Positions 13,501-25,531 of a DNA stretch of 64,000 bases are shown here, in pieces; position 1 is the first letter of the stretch; each line of letters begins with the position of its first letter. The stretch comes from Azolla caroliniana (taxonomy: Eukaryota; Plantae; Polypodiophyta). A program made the position numbers and the translations under genes. The stretch lies in NCBI GenBank assembly GCA_043228905.1, contig JBHGNT010000018.1, positions 11,408,001-11,472,000 on the forward strand, in the 5' to 3' direction. The notes beneath the pieces were generated by a model. It saw only the letters and a program-made list of their open reading frames with translations. It did not search any database and was not told the DNA's origin.

Positions 13501-16149
13501 GTACGCCCTCATTCTGAAAGATGATCGCCGAAAACTTGCACCTCGGTCCAGGAAATGCATCTTCCTTGGATATGGATCCGACGGCGAAATGGGATACCGA
13601 CTCTGGGACCCCGAACGCAGACAAATCGTTCGAAGTTCGGACGTTGTGTTCAACGAGTCGGCTATGAATCCATCAGTCGAAAAACCGATCGAAGTCCGAA
13701 GGGTAACATTTTCCGATGTGCCGACCCTTCAAGAAGGCCCCGCTCTCAACACACGGTCAGCTTCACGGGTAGCTGAACCTTACACTACCGACTCGGACAA
13801 CCCCGACTCGGCACAGCAGAACAATCCGCTTTCGGACCATCCGACCACGATACCCGATGCGACCAGTCCAATCATACCTCGACGATCCGAGAGACTGTCG
13901 CAACCTCCGGAGAGGTATTCTCCTGGAATTTTCTTCACCGACGCCGGCGAACCGATGTCTTACGAAGAAGCATCGACTTCTGTCGATTCAGCCACCTGGC
14001 ATCTGGCGATGGAGTCGGAAATGCACTCCATTCGGGCAAACAAGACTTGGGATCTGGTCGAATTACCTAGGAACCGACGTCCTCTTCCTTGCAAGTGGGT
14101 TTATCGACTAAAAGAGACGTCTGATTCGACCACCCCAAAGTACAAGGCCAGATTAGTTGCGAAGGGCTTCCGACAAGAATATGGCGTCGACTTCGACGAG
14201 ATTTTTTCACCAGTGGTGAAAATGACAACCCTTCGTTTTCTACTCGGCGTAGTGGCAGCCGACAACTTGGAGCTGATTCAGCTAGATGTCAAAACAGCCT
14301 TCCTCCATGGTGATCTTGAAGAGGAAATTTATATGGAGCAGCCCAAAGGCTTCGTGGCAACTGGCCAAGAACATCTAGTCTGCCGACTCAGGAAGAGTCT
14401 ATACGGCCTCAAACAGGCACCGCGACAATGGTACAAGAAGTTCGACGACTTCATCCAATCGATCGGCTTCTCAAAAAGCGATGAGGACCATTGTCTTTTC
14501 ACCAACACAGCTCAAGATGGATCACCCATCTTCCTCATCATTTACGTGGACGACATGCTAATTTCTGGACGCCACGCGGGCGAACTTGCCGATCTCATTC
14601 GGCAACTGCGGTTGAAGTTTGCCATGAAGGACCTCGGTCCGGCACGACACATCCTTGGCATGAAGATTAGTCGGCATCGCGATAAACGACATCTTTTTTT
14701 GTCTCAGACCGACTATATCGGACGTGTCTTGGAACGCTTCAACATGCAATCAGCCAAATCTGCTTCAACCCCGCTCCCCATGAATCTTCGGCTCTCTCAG
14801 CGAGACTGCCCGACATCCGGTCCGGAGGGGGAAGATATGAAGTCGGTACCGTATGCACCGGCAGTCGGCTCCCTTATGTACCTGATGGTCGCGACACGGC
14901 CTGATATCTCTCATGCCGTAGGAGTCGTTAGCAGATTTATGCACAATCCTGGCCGATCGCATTGGAACGCAGTCAAGCATGTGTTCAGATATCTGGCTGG
15001 CACAAAAGACCACGGCATTCTTTTCGGTCCGAACCGAACCTCAGGCGTAGTCGGTTACACCGACTCGGACTTCGCCGGCTGTATAGACAGTCGGAAATCA
15101 ACAATCGGATACTGCTTCAAATTCGGCAATGGAGCAATCTCGTGGAAGTCGAAACTTCAAGAGTGCACAGCGACCTCAACGACCGAAGCAGAATATGTAG
15201 CTGCGTCCGACGCAGCAAAAGAAGCTTTGTGGCTCGGTCGGCTGGCGCACACGTTTCGACAAGTCGACCATGACTCGGCCCCAGTTGTCTACAGCGACAG
15301 TCAAGGTGCTGTTGCCTTGTCGAAAAATCCGGTTCACCACAACGCCTCCAAACATATCGACGTTCGATATCACTTCGTTCGGGACTGCGTCATTTCAGGG
15401 AAAATCGGTCTAGAGAAAATATCCACAACCGACAATGTCGCAGATGGAATGACCAAGTGTCTTTCGGCAGACCGCTTTCGGTCCCTTCGGCATCAGATGG
15501 GCGTAACGACAAACCAGTCCGGTTAGAGCCGGACACAGCACAGGATGGTTTCGGACAACCGACATCAGTTCCTTAATGATCGGATTCAACTCTTCCGACC
15601 CGACCAATTCGGTCTTCTGCCTTCGGACCCTGCCGACTCGAACAAAAACTGATATGTCCGAGAACCTAGGTTTATACCTGTAATCTTAGATAACCCATGT
15701 ATACGCCCATTACGGGGGAGTGTCGAATACAAGTGTATAATGGACGTATTCACACTATCCCTTTGTATAGCCCAAGTTTGGGGCATTTGTGTAATTAGCA
15801 TAAATGGTAGTTGCCCTAAGTCGGTCACTATATATAGTGACCTTGTAACCTTTTTGTAAGGTTGGGTGTTGTATTATTGCTTTTGGGATATAGAAAGTCT
15901 TTTGTGCCTCTCTCTCTCTCTCTCTCTCTCTCTCTATGCAAATGACCCAAAAACTGTCATTATTGCCCTAAGTCGGTCACTATATATAGTGACCTTGTAA
16001 CCTTTTTGTAAGGTTGGGTGTTGTATTATTGCTTTTGGGATATAGAAAGTCTTTTGTGCCTCTCTCTCTCTCTCTCTCTCTCTCTATGCAGGTACAGAAC
16101 AGAATCGAATGCTTCTTGATCTTCCGCATAGACGACCTTGTCTCCAACA
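10532..16149 (+). mobile_element. Copia-B: full-length, structurally intact Ty1/copia
   Basis: Perfect TSD ATATT (10527-10531 / 16150-16154); 5' LTR 10532-10831; PBS-iMet 10834-10846; PPT 15713-15720; 3' LTR 15721-16149. Confidence 0.97.
11513..15526 (+). CDS. gag-pol: Copia gag-PR-INT-RT-RNaseH polyprotein, uninterrupted
   Basis: CCHC knuckle CNYCKKPGHIKADC; PR LDSGAS; INT VHSD, TDNGGEF, AERMN; RT YVDDML; RH YTDSD, EAEY, SDSQ. Confidence 0.96.
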   Translation: MASTSGSSEMSLRKFDGSNFNFWKEQMQDYLIVKGQIDPIENEEPPEGYKPTEWQKLDRIVRATIRMHLSESVYFTVQSCTTSFELWKTLSDTYEKKVAATKMFLIRRLYNLRMKESDSVQAHLNEYESISSQISSQGTAIEDELRAMILMSSLPSSWETFVTTVCNASTTAVKYSEVTSAILTEAARRKSFAKDSTDDAYVVQGSTDRSNIQGRDSSRPPNNQRRRSQSRDNRICNYCKKPGHIKADCRALKNKNNKKSGRHEEINYVSFSADVLPDDPNILSIENPVGSEVLLTTEESSTWLLDSGASFHVTPHRSQFRQYTIRHSDSVRVGNSQHCDIIGIGTVELNLAGGSTLVLHNVRHVPELSRPLISVGQLDEDGIRAGFSSGGWTLHRGNLLLARGPKIHSLYPLHVTLREGNLFLVDIPVSSLWHRRLGHLSKAGITHLSRAGYIPKLSFSDHQFCEHCQYGKQAATSHPTSAPKETRPLDLVHSDVCGPMPHQSLGGASYFVSFIDDSTRKVWAYPIRTKDRVFSIFSDWLAMVENQTDRKLKCFRTDNGGEFKSEEFVKFCRQRGIRREFTAPHSPEQNGIAERMNRTIQERIVSMLQHSGLSDGFWAEALLTAVHIINMSPSRPLGLQIPQELWIGSKPNYDKLRIFGCEAYALILKDDRRKLAPRSRKCIFLGYGSDGEMGYRLWDPERRQIVRSSDVVFNESAMNPSVEKPIEVRRVTFSDVPTLQEGPALNTRSASRVAEPYTTDSDNPDSAQQNNPLSDHPTTIPDATSPIIPRRSERLSQPPERYSPGIFFTDAGEPMSYEEASTSVDSATWHLAMESEMHSIRANKTWDLVELPRNRRPLPCKWVYRLKETSDSTTPKYKARLVAKGFRQEYGVDFDEIFSPVVKMTTLRFLLGVVAADNLELIQLDVKTAFLHGDLEEEIYMEQPKGFVATGQEHLVCRLRKSLYGLKQAPRQWYKKFDDFIQSIGFSKSDEDHCLFTNTAQDGSPIFLIIYVDDMLISGRHAGELADLIRQLRLKFAMKDLGPARHILGMKISRHRDKRHLFLSQTDYIGRVLERFNMQSAKSASTPLPMNLRLSQRDCPTSGPEGEDMKSVPYAPAVGSLMYLMVATRPDISHAVGVVSRFMHNPGRSHWNAVKHVFRYLAGTKDHGILFGPNRTSGVVGYTDSDFAGCIDSRKSTIGYCFKFGNGAISWKSKLQECTATSTTEAEYVAASDAAKEALWLGRLAHTFRQVDHDSAPVVYSDSQGAVALSKNPVHHNASKHIDVRYHFVRDCVISGKIGLEKISTTDNVADGMTKCLSADRFRSLRHQMGVTTNQSG

Positions 16150-16528
16150 ATATTAGTATAAATATGACTTAGGGCAAACTTTTAGTAGGAGTTGTCATTC
16201 TTGTTGGTGCAAGTATAGAGAGTGTGCGTAACTGTACAGAGAGAGATAGAAAGAGGTCGTTGCCTCTGTTGTAACCGCCGCCTGTGGCGAAGATCTGTGA
16301 GCACAAGGTCGTTGCTTCAGTGAACTCACTGTTGTACATTCTTACATAGTGACAGTTTGCAGCCTGTGGGCTGCCGTGGTTTTTTCCCCCTAGTTTGGGG
16401 TTTTTCCACCTAAACCTCCTTTGTATTCTCTTCTTCTTTGTGTCACGTTTTATTTCCCGTTTTCTGTGTATGAAAAGAATCTCGGTTGTGGCCGAGCGTT
16501 GGACATAAGGAGCGTTGAGTTCCCGTCA

Positions 16529-17769
16529 GAGAGCCCACTGGGGCTATATTTGTAAATAGCCCGAAAGTCATATTAGTATAAATATGACCTAGGGCAAACT
16601 TAATAGTGATGATGATCAAGGTTCTTAGGTACAGTATGGATACCATACGTATTTAACGTATTAATACCTATATAGTACCTCCCAATTTTAAAATACGTTA
16701 AATACATTTTCTTAATATGTTAAATACTTATAAAATACGTAATTTACGTATAATACATTAAATACTTCTAGAATTTGAAAATTATTTACCTTTCTAAAAA
16801 ATATCTATAATATTGTAAAAAACATCTATGTTTACACAATTTTGTGATGTACAATATAGTTGTACATCCTAAAATGCATATAAGACATTTGAACATTTCA
16901 CATCCTAAAATACTTGTAGTAATATGGATGTCGACATCCCCTTATTCTACAAATCAGTGTAAGTGTGTATCACGATGTTCTACTTCAAATTGTAATTATT
17001 TACAATTACGCCTTCATAGATTGAGGAATCGTCTACGATTATCACACTCATGATAGGTTCTCTTTTCTTCGTTTTCTTCTTCTTCTTCTTCTATCTTCTG
17101 CGATTATCACACTCAAGACAGGTTTATGTCTTCTTTTCTCTCTTCTTCTTCTTCTTCTTCATCTTCTTCATCGTCGTATCTTGAATTCTTCTTTGTTCCT
17201 TCCTTTGGCTTCTTTTTCACTAAAATCTTTTTTTTATTTTGCTTTTTGTTGGGGTTTTACTTACATTTTCTTTATAAATATGTATTATACCTGTTTTTTT
17301 ATAAATATGTTAAATACCATATTGGACAAATGTACATGATATTTGACTGAACAACATTGAGGTATAGTACGTACTATACAAATGATGAGGTACTATACGT
17401 ATTCAAACGTTAAATACGGATACGTAAACAACCATGATGATGATAGAGTTATTTGCGGGTGTAACTTCTGTACAGTGCGTAAGAGAGCTAGAGAGTGCGA
17501 TATACAGAGATTGTTGCCTCTGTTGTAACCGCCTGGTGGCAAAGCGAGGGAGTAAGCGGTCGTTGCCTCTGTGCCCCATGGTTGTAATCTTGATATAGTG
17601 ATATTTTGCAGTCTGAGGGCTGTCGTGGTTTTTCCCATATTTGGGTTTTCCACGTTAACATCCTGTGCACTCTCTTCTTTACTGTTTTGTGCGTAGATAC
17701 ATCTCTCCACATCCCTGTTTTCTGTGATTGATCTGATGTCTCGGTTGTGGCCGAGCATAGTTGGAGACA
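16529..17769 (+). mobile_element. Copia-A-type LTR (different subfamily), 5' part lost, interrupted by a hAT-like element
   Basis: Carries the family TATA palindrome (16565-16590), the GTTGCCTCTG repeats and the CGGTTGTGGCCGAGC end motif; ends ...GGAGACA inside the chromovirus chromodomain. Confidence 0.85.
16617..17436. mobile_element. non-autonomous hAT-like DNA transposon (~820 bp)
   Basis: 8-bp TSD ATGATGAT (16609-16616 / 17437-17444); imperfect TIR CAAGGTT...AACCATG; subterminal TACGT/ACGTA repeats at both ends; AT-rich; the host LTR resumes after it. Confidence 0.75.
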
Positions 17770-18092
17770 AGTATCCTATAAGATGGAAGTTGTCGACAAG
17801 AGCTTGAGCATTACAAATGTTATCGACAGGTTCCCAAGTGCGATCACTCGGAGGATAGCCAAGCCAATCAACTAGATAATAATGCTTATTACATAAAATC
17901 TTAGAATCGAGAATAGCAGCTACCTCATATTCGGGGCCTTCAACCAGTTTGATAGAAGGTGGTGGTGGTACGACACGATTAGGAATTAAAGAGGTGTGAC
18001 AAGGTTCCAAAAGAGAGCTATGAAAGACTAGCTGAAGCCGCATGTGCAGGAAGGTTAAGACGAAATGTTGCATCATTAATCCGCATTGTGAT
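17770..18092 (-). pseudogene. integrase C-terminus and chromodomain of the chromovirus
   Basis: VFHSSLLEP...EYEVAAILDSK...YLVDWLGYPPSDRTWEP. Confidence 0.92.
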
Positions 18093-18370
18093 TGATGAGA
18101 AATATGCGGAATGATCTACGGCAACAACCGAAGCATAGATCACTTGATGACAATCAAACACAGAAGAAATGGGAATGGAGGTAAATACACAAACAGAAAG
18201 AGAATACACAGGATGTTAACGTGGAAAACCTTGAGAGGGGAAAAACCACGGGAGTCCACAGACTCCAAACTATCACTATGTCAAGGAGTACAATAGGGAG
18301 CACAGAGGCAACGACCTCTTGCTCACAATCTTTGCCTGGCGGCGGTTACAACAGAGACATGCTCTGTATT

Positions 18371-18420
<50 letters not shown>

Positions 18421-21400
18421 CACAGTCGTTACACCAATAATTCTATACCAAGGTAATAACAACAACTATGATAATTATACACACTGTTTGCCCTAGGTCA
18501 CATTTATACTAATATGACATTAGGACTATTTATAGATATAGCCCCAATGGGCTCTTAGAAACATATCTACATATATGTCCCTTCATCCGGTGAGAGGTTC
18601 TCACTGGGCCTGCAACATCCGGTTCTCACCGGGTCTTCCTTGCCGGGTACTTGTCATTCGATTCTCACCGGGTCTGCATCATTTGGTTCTCACCGGGTAT
18701 TCCGATGCCGGGCCTTCGTATCCCATCCAGAGGGACCGAGATCCTAACAAACTCCCCCTTCACTCCGGCATGGGATGCCTCATCAATCCGATCCACTTCC
18801 GGCATGCGTCTAGCTTGTCGGGCATCAGTACCTTGGTCAACATATTTGACCCGTTCTCCTCCGTGTGGATCTTTGTCAACACGAACTCTCGGTCTTCTAC
18901 TCGTTCCCGAATCCAGTGGTACCTCCGTTGGATGTGCTTCATCCTGGAATGATACGCTGCGTTCTTCGCAAGGTGGATGATACTTTGACTGTTGCAATAG
19001 AGCTGGTATTCCTCTTGCCGGATCCCTAGCTCTTCGATGAAGTCCTTCATCCATAGTATTTCCTTGCCGGTTTCCACAGTCGCCATGTACTCCGCTTCCG
19101 TGGTTGACAATGCAACCGTCTTCTGCAGCCTCGATTGCCACGAAACAGTTGCCCCCGCATATGTCATGACATATCCAGATGTTGACTGGCTGGTATCCGC
19201 ATCAACCGACATATCCGAATCGGTGAAACCATCAAGTTGGGGTTTACCGGAGCCGAATCGGAGGCACATACTTGAGGTGCCTTTCAAGTATCAGAGTATC
19301 CATTTTACCGCATTCCAGTGCTCCTTGCCGGGATTGCTCATAAACCGGCTCACCACTCCGATTGCATATTCGATATCCGGTCGGGTACACACCATTGCGT
19401 ACATTAGGCTCCCGACGGCAGAGGCATATGGTATCTTCATCATATCCGCCTTCTCTGCCTTCGTCTTCGGGCTTTGCTTATCGGATAACCTGTAGTTTGC
19501 CTGAAGTGTCGATCCGACTGGTTTCGCATTTGACATGTTGAACCGTTGAAGCACCTTTGTCACGTACTTCTCCTGTGACAACAACAATTGCTTCGTTTGC
19601 CGGTCCCGGATAATATGCATCCCCAGCATCTGTCTTGCCGGACCCAAGTCTTTCATTGAGAAGGTTCGGTTTAGGGCCTTCTTCAGCATCCGTATCTTGA
19701 CTTGGTCTCGTCCGACGATCAACATGTCGTCCGTGTACAAGAGGATTATCAAGAAGTCTCCACCTTTGAACTTCTTCACAAATACGCAGTGATTGGCCTG
19801 TGTCTTGTGGTACCCTTGATCAGTCATGAAGGAGTCGAACTTCCGGTACCATTGCCGGGGAGCTTGCTTCAACCCATAGAGGCTCTTTTTTAACTGGCAA
19901 ACCAGGTGCTCCTTCCCTTTCTTCACAAATCCCTCCAGTTGCTGCATGTAGATCTCCTCTTCGAGGTCGTCGTGGAGGAACGTCGTCTTCACGTCTAACT
20001 GCTCTACCTCGAGGTCCATGCTTGCCGCTATGCTCAGTACCGTCCGGATGGAAGTCATCTTTACTACCGGGCCAAATATCTCTTCGAAGTCCACGCCCTT
20101 CTTCTGTTCGAACCCCTTCACCACGATCTTGGCTTTGTACCTTGGAGGGTTGCCAGCATCTCCCGGTTTCAACTTGTACACCCACTTGTTTCGGAGTGCC
20201 CTCTTTCCTTTCGGCAACTCCACCAATTCATATGTGTGGTTCTCATGCAAGGAATCCATCTCGTCCTGCATGGCACTCAACCACTTGCGGCTATGGGTGT
20301 CATCCTTCGCTTCTACGAAGCGTTCCGGCTCCCCCTCATCGGTAAGTAGCACATACTCTGCATCCGGAAATCTCCGGGGGGCCCTTCTCTCTCTGAGAGG
20401 ATATCTCTGTCTTTGGCTTTCGGCAACCGGCTCCTCTATTTGTTCTTCATCCGAATCTGATTCAGGGTCTTGGTCGGTTCCGGTTTCAGCTTCCTCTACT
20501 TCTTCTTCTACCGGTTCGGTATCCTCACCATAACCGGCTCTTAGCCGGGTGGGTCCGAATTTCATCGGAGTTCATTATCTTCTTCTCTGACTCCCAGTTG
20601 GCAAGAGTCTTGTCCTCCATGAAGATAATATCTTGGCTTCGGAAAACCTTCTTGTCAACCGGATCCCACACTCGGTAGCTGAACTCATCATCGCCGTATC
20701 CCAGGAATATGCATGCTGGGTCTTTGGATCCAACTTTCCTCTCCGGTCCTTAGCGACATGGACGTACACGAGACACCCGAACACCTTCAAATGTCGGTAG
20801 GACACTTCCTTACCGGTCCACACCTTTTGCGGTGTGTCTCCATCCAAGGGTATTGAGGGTGATCTGTTTATCACATTCATCGCTGTCGACAGTGCCTCAG
20901 CCCAAAACGTCTTGGGTAGTTTAGCATGTGCTAACATACTTCAGACCCTCTCCATTATGGTCCGGTTCATCCTCTCGACTAGCCCGTTTAGTTCCGGCGT
21001 CTTCGGCACGGTAAATTTGAGCCGGATTCCCTTCGAGCGGTAGTACTCCTCGAACTGCCCCCGGTATTCCCCTCTGTTATCTGCTCGAACCGCCTTCAGC
21101 TTCCGTCCGGTTTCTCTTTCCAGTCTTGCTTGGAGCTCCTTGAAGATGGATAACACCTGATCCTTCGTCTTCAACGGTGTGGCCCACAGCCTCCTGCTGT
21201 GGTCATCTATGAACGTCACGAAGTACTGCGCTCCGGCATGGGACTTCGTGTCCACTTGACACACATCGGTATGCACCAACTCCAATGGTGCATTGTGTCT
21301 CATTGGTGGCCTTGATTGGAAGGAGGTCCGGTTTTGCTTACCAGATAGGCAGTCGGTGCACCTCTCAAGATGCATGTTCTTCACCGGAATGAGGTTGTCA

Positions 21401-23055
21401 TCGGCAAGCCTCTCCATCCCCTTCACGCTCATGTGACATAGTCTCTTATGCCACAGCTCACCGGCAGTGTCGAAAGCCATGTTCACTTCTTCCGGGCGTA
21501 ACTGGGCTTTCATTAGGTACAACGTGTTGACCTTCCGGGCCCGAGCCACTATTCGGCTCCCTTTGCAGAATTTCATGACTCCATTCCGGATGCTACCCGT
21601 GTAGCCTTCATCATCTAGCCGACCGGCTGATATCAGGTTCAGTCAAACCTTCGGAACGTGTCGGACATCCTTCAGCAGCAGCCTGCATTTCGGTTGGTGT
21701 TGTCAACCACACGTCTCCTATGCCGACAATTCGGCATGTACCTTTATTCCCCATCCGGACTCAGCCGTGATCACCGGCTTTGTAGGATGAGAAGCATTTT
21801 CGGTCCGGGGTAAGGTGGAACGACACTCCGGAATCGACAACCCACGTTGTCTTTTCGCCGGCAAGGTTCAACTCACTCTCCTCGGTGATGAGCATCAACT
21901 CTTCTTCACTTGCCGCGATTGCCGTCGTTCCCTTCTGGTCCGGCCCCCTCCGGTCTTTATCGTTCCGGTCTGGTGTCCGCTTCGAATCGGTACCGTCGGT
22001 TTCCTTGTCTTTTTGGAAGTGCCGATAGTTCTTCTGGAAGTGTCCCGACTTGCCGCAATAGAAGCAAGTAGGCCTCCCCTTTGACTTTGACTGTGTCCCT
22101 GACTTCTCCCGGTTCTGGGGACTACGGTTCCTTTGTCTTCCGCATTCCGATTCGGTAAGCAGCGGTGTGGAGTCAGAGCTCGTATCCTTGTCTTTCCGAC
22201 GTGCCTCCTCATCTTGCAAGCTCGACAAGGGATAACCGTTTCCCTTCCGGCCCGACGTTGCCCAAAGTGACAACCAACGTCTCCTAGCTATCTGGGAGGG
22301 AACCGAGCAGGAGTAGTGCTAGTACCTCATCGGCGAGAGGTACTTCCAATGATGCTGCCTGGTGGATCAGCCCCTGGAAGGCATTCATGTGCTCCACCAT
22401 GCTGGAGCCATCTTGGTACCGGAGTCTTACTAGCTTCCGAAATACGGAAACCTGATTAACAACATTTTTGTTCTGAAACATAATGCCGATCTTCTCCCAA
22501 AGCTCATGAGCCTTGCTCTCTTCATTGAAGTTGTTTTATAGACTCATGTCGATGAAGCACTGTATGTACGCCGTTGTCTTCATGTGCATCACCTCCTATA
22601 TTGTGGCATCGATTTTGTCCGATCTCTTGTCCCCGAACTGAACTAGCAACCAAAGATCTTTAACCATGAGCATGTCCCTCATCTTCGACTTCCACACTTA
22701 GTAGTTGGGGCCGGTGAGCTTGAACATGCCTCCCAATGAATCGTCCATTTTTCTGTGTCGTTTTGCTCTGATACCAATTTGACGAGAAATATGCGGAATA
22801 ATCTCCAGCCACAACCGAAGCGTAGATCACTTGATGACAATCAAACACAGAAGAAATGGGAATGGAGGTAAATACACAAACAGAAAGAGAATACACAGGA
22901 TGTTAACGTGGAAAACATTGAGAGGGGAAAAGCCACGGGAGTCCACAGACTCTAAACTATCACTATGTCAAGGAGTACAACAGGGAGCACAGAGGCAACG
23001 AACTCTTGCTCACAATCTTCGCCTGGCGGTGGTTACAACAGAGACATGCTCTGTA

Positions 23056-23097
<42 letters not shown>

Positions 23098-23454
23098 CAC
23101 AGTTGTTACACCAATAATCCTATACCAAGGTAATAACAACAACTACACACTGTTTGCCCTAGGTCACATTTATACTAATATGACATTAGGACTATTTATA
23201 GATATAGCCCCAATGGGTTCTCAAAAACATATCTACATATATGTCCCTTCATCCGGTGAGAGGTTCTCATCGGGCCTGCAACATCCGGTTCTCACCGGGT
23301 CTTCCTTGCCGGGTACTCGTGATTCGGTTCTCACCGGATCTGCATCATCCGGTTCTCACTGGGTCTTCTTTGCCGGGTACTCGTCATCCGGTTCTCACCG
23401 GGTCTTTTGATGCTGGGCCTTTGTATCCCATCCGGAGGGATCGAGCTCCTAATA
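18093..23454 (-). mobile_element. Copia-A #2, full length, degenerate
   Basis: Perfect TSD GTGAT; LTRs 18093-18749 and 22780-23454; PBS 22765-22776; gag-pol broken by stops and frameshifts. Confidence 0.95.
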
Positions 23455-25531
23455 GTGATGACAAAAGGACCTAAGCGTTGATAATCGAGCTTAGCACACG
23501 GGTGGGTAATCTTGATGTGACAACGAAGCAACCATACTCGGTCACCAACCTAAAAGGAGACTTAAGACAATGCCAATCGACGTTGGTCTTATGGTGTGCT
23601 TGCACTTTTTGAAGATGTGAAGATAACTGAAATTGGATTTGTTGTAGTCGGTGGAGGTGATGTGCCACACTAGGGTTTCGTGACACCTCAGGAAGATCCA
23701 AGATACACCATCGAGGGTGGTTGCCAGTGTAGGCAAAGAAAGGTGTAACTTTGGTAGAGGAGTGTATCGTGTTGTTGTATGCAAACTTGGCAAGATTTAA
23801 AATATTACTCCAATCATCTTGTTGATAACTGATGAAGCATCAAAGATACTACTCGAGCGTTTGATTTGTGCGCTCTTTTTGCTCGTCAGTTTGTGGATGA
23901 TAAGTTGAAGAGAGTTTGTAAAAGATTTTGAGGCCTGCCCATATGTGCTTCCAAAAGTGTGAGATAAATTGAGGACCTCGATCACTAATAATATCATTTG
24001 GGAGACCATGATGACAAAACATCTCACGCATTATGAGATCTGCAGTTTCTTCACTGCTAATGGTCGTTACACATGGTACAAAATGTGCCATCTTTGTGAA
24101 CAGATACACTATTGTTAAAATACTATCAAAGCCTTTGGAATGTGGCAGATCCGTTTTGGCGTGACAGTAGGTGTCACATGTGCAAACGTAATCTTTGATA
24201 GATTTTTGCAAGTGAGGCCACCAAAACGAATGTTTCACCAGCTCAATGGTCTTAGCAATACCAAAATATCCAGCCATGGGGGCATCATGACAATGTTCTA
24301 ACACTTGAAGTCGGGGTGATCCGTCAGGGACGTAAAGGAGATTCTTGTAGAAGAGTAAGCCATATTGCCACTTGAATTCCTGATAATGTTGAGATGACCC
24401 TTGCAATGTGGAGCAAGATGGACAACTTGAACCAATGTGGGCTAAGACATCCTTAGCGAAATCATCAGAGTGAAGTTGTTGCCGAATAGTGTCAAGAAGG
24501 CTAGAATCAAGTGGTGTGCCATAAATTGTTGTTGCATGTAGCTTTGATGGCCCAAGGAGAATCTGCTTTTGATTGTCAAATGTCGGATCCTAGGTCAAAG
24601 AGCTAGATACAAACGCTGAGACAAAGCATCTTCTTTCCCTTGTTGTTTTTCAGGGCCAAAAATGACCTTGAAATCGAAACGCGTTAGAAATTGGGCCCAT
24701 CGAGCTTGTCGTCTATTTAATACTCGCGTTGTTTGAAAATATGTGAGATTTTTGTGATCACTATAAATGATAATTTGATGAGGCGATCCTTTTAGAAAAT
24801 GACGCCATTGCTCGAATGAGTCGACCACAACTCGTAACTCCTTGTCATGCACCTCATAGTTTATCTCTGAAACAATAAATTTTCTCGAGTGAAACGTGAC
24901 TGGATGAGTCTGCCCGTCCTCGCCTGGTTGCGATAGGATACTCCTCAATGCGAAGTCTAACGCATCCGCCTCAATAGTAAATGGCTTTTCAGGATCAATA
25001 TGCGCTAGGATAGGTGCTGATGTGAATGCCTCTTTCAGTTGAGTAAAAGCCTTGTCCTCTTCGATACTCCAAAAAAATGCTTGATTTTTCTTGGTGAGTT
25101 GGGTGAGGGGCAACACAATGCTTGAATAATTACGTATGAATTTGCGATAGAAGTTCGCAAATCCGAGGAAACACTAGACGTCCTGAACTGAGCATGGGGG
25201 TTTCCATTCCAATATTGTTTGGACTTTTGCCGAATTGATGAATTTACCCTTGGATGAAATAGTGTATCCCAAAAATTCGACTTGTTTGCAATCAAAATTG
25301 CATTTCTCAAGTTTGGCATAAAGACCATACTTTCTTAAGCGTTCAAGTACTTTCCGCACATGTATATTATGCTCCTCCTACGTTTTAGACTAAATCAATA
25401 GATCATCTAGGTAGATGATGAGAAAGATATCCAAGAAATCCTGGAAAATGTCATTTGCCATATGTTGAAATACTGCGGGTGCATTTGTGAGCCCGAAAGG
25501 CATTATTGTATACTCGAAACGACCATATCGA

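Larger units (their letters stand above)
5137..16528 (+). mobile_element. Copia-A #1 (Ty1/copia): 5' LTR truncated, internally deleted, carrying two nested insertions
   Basis: 5' LTR 5137-5751; PBS 5754-5765; PPT GAAGGGGGAG 10154-10163; 3' LTR 10166-10531 + 16150-16528; both LTRs end ...GAGTTCCCGTCA. Confidence 0.93.

Noticed and set aside
20018-20533. Long antisense ORFs over Copia and gypsy pol (many in the ORF track)
   Set aside because: Shadow frames of the sense-strand coding sequence, with no independent motifs
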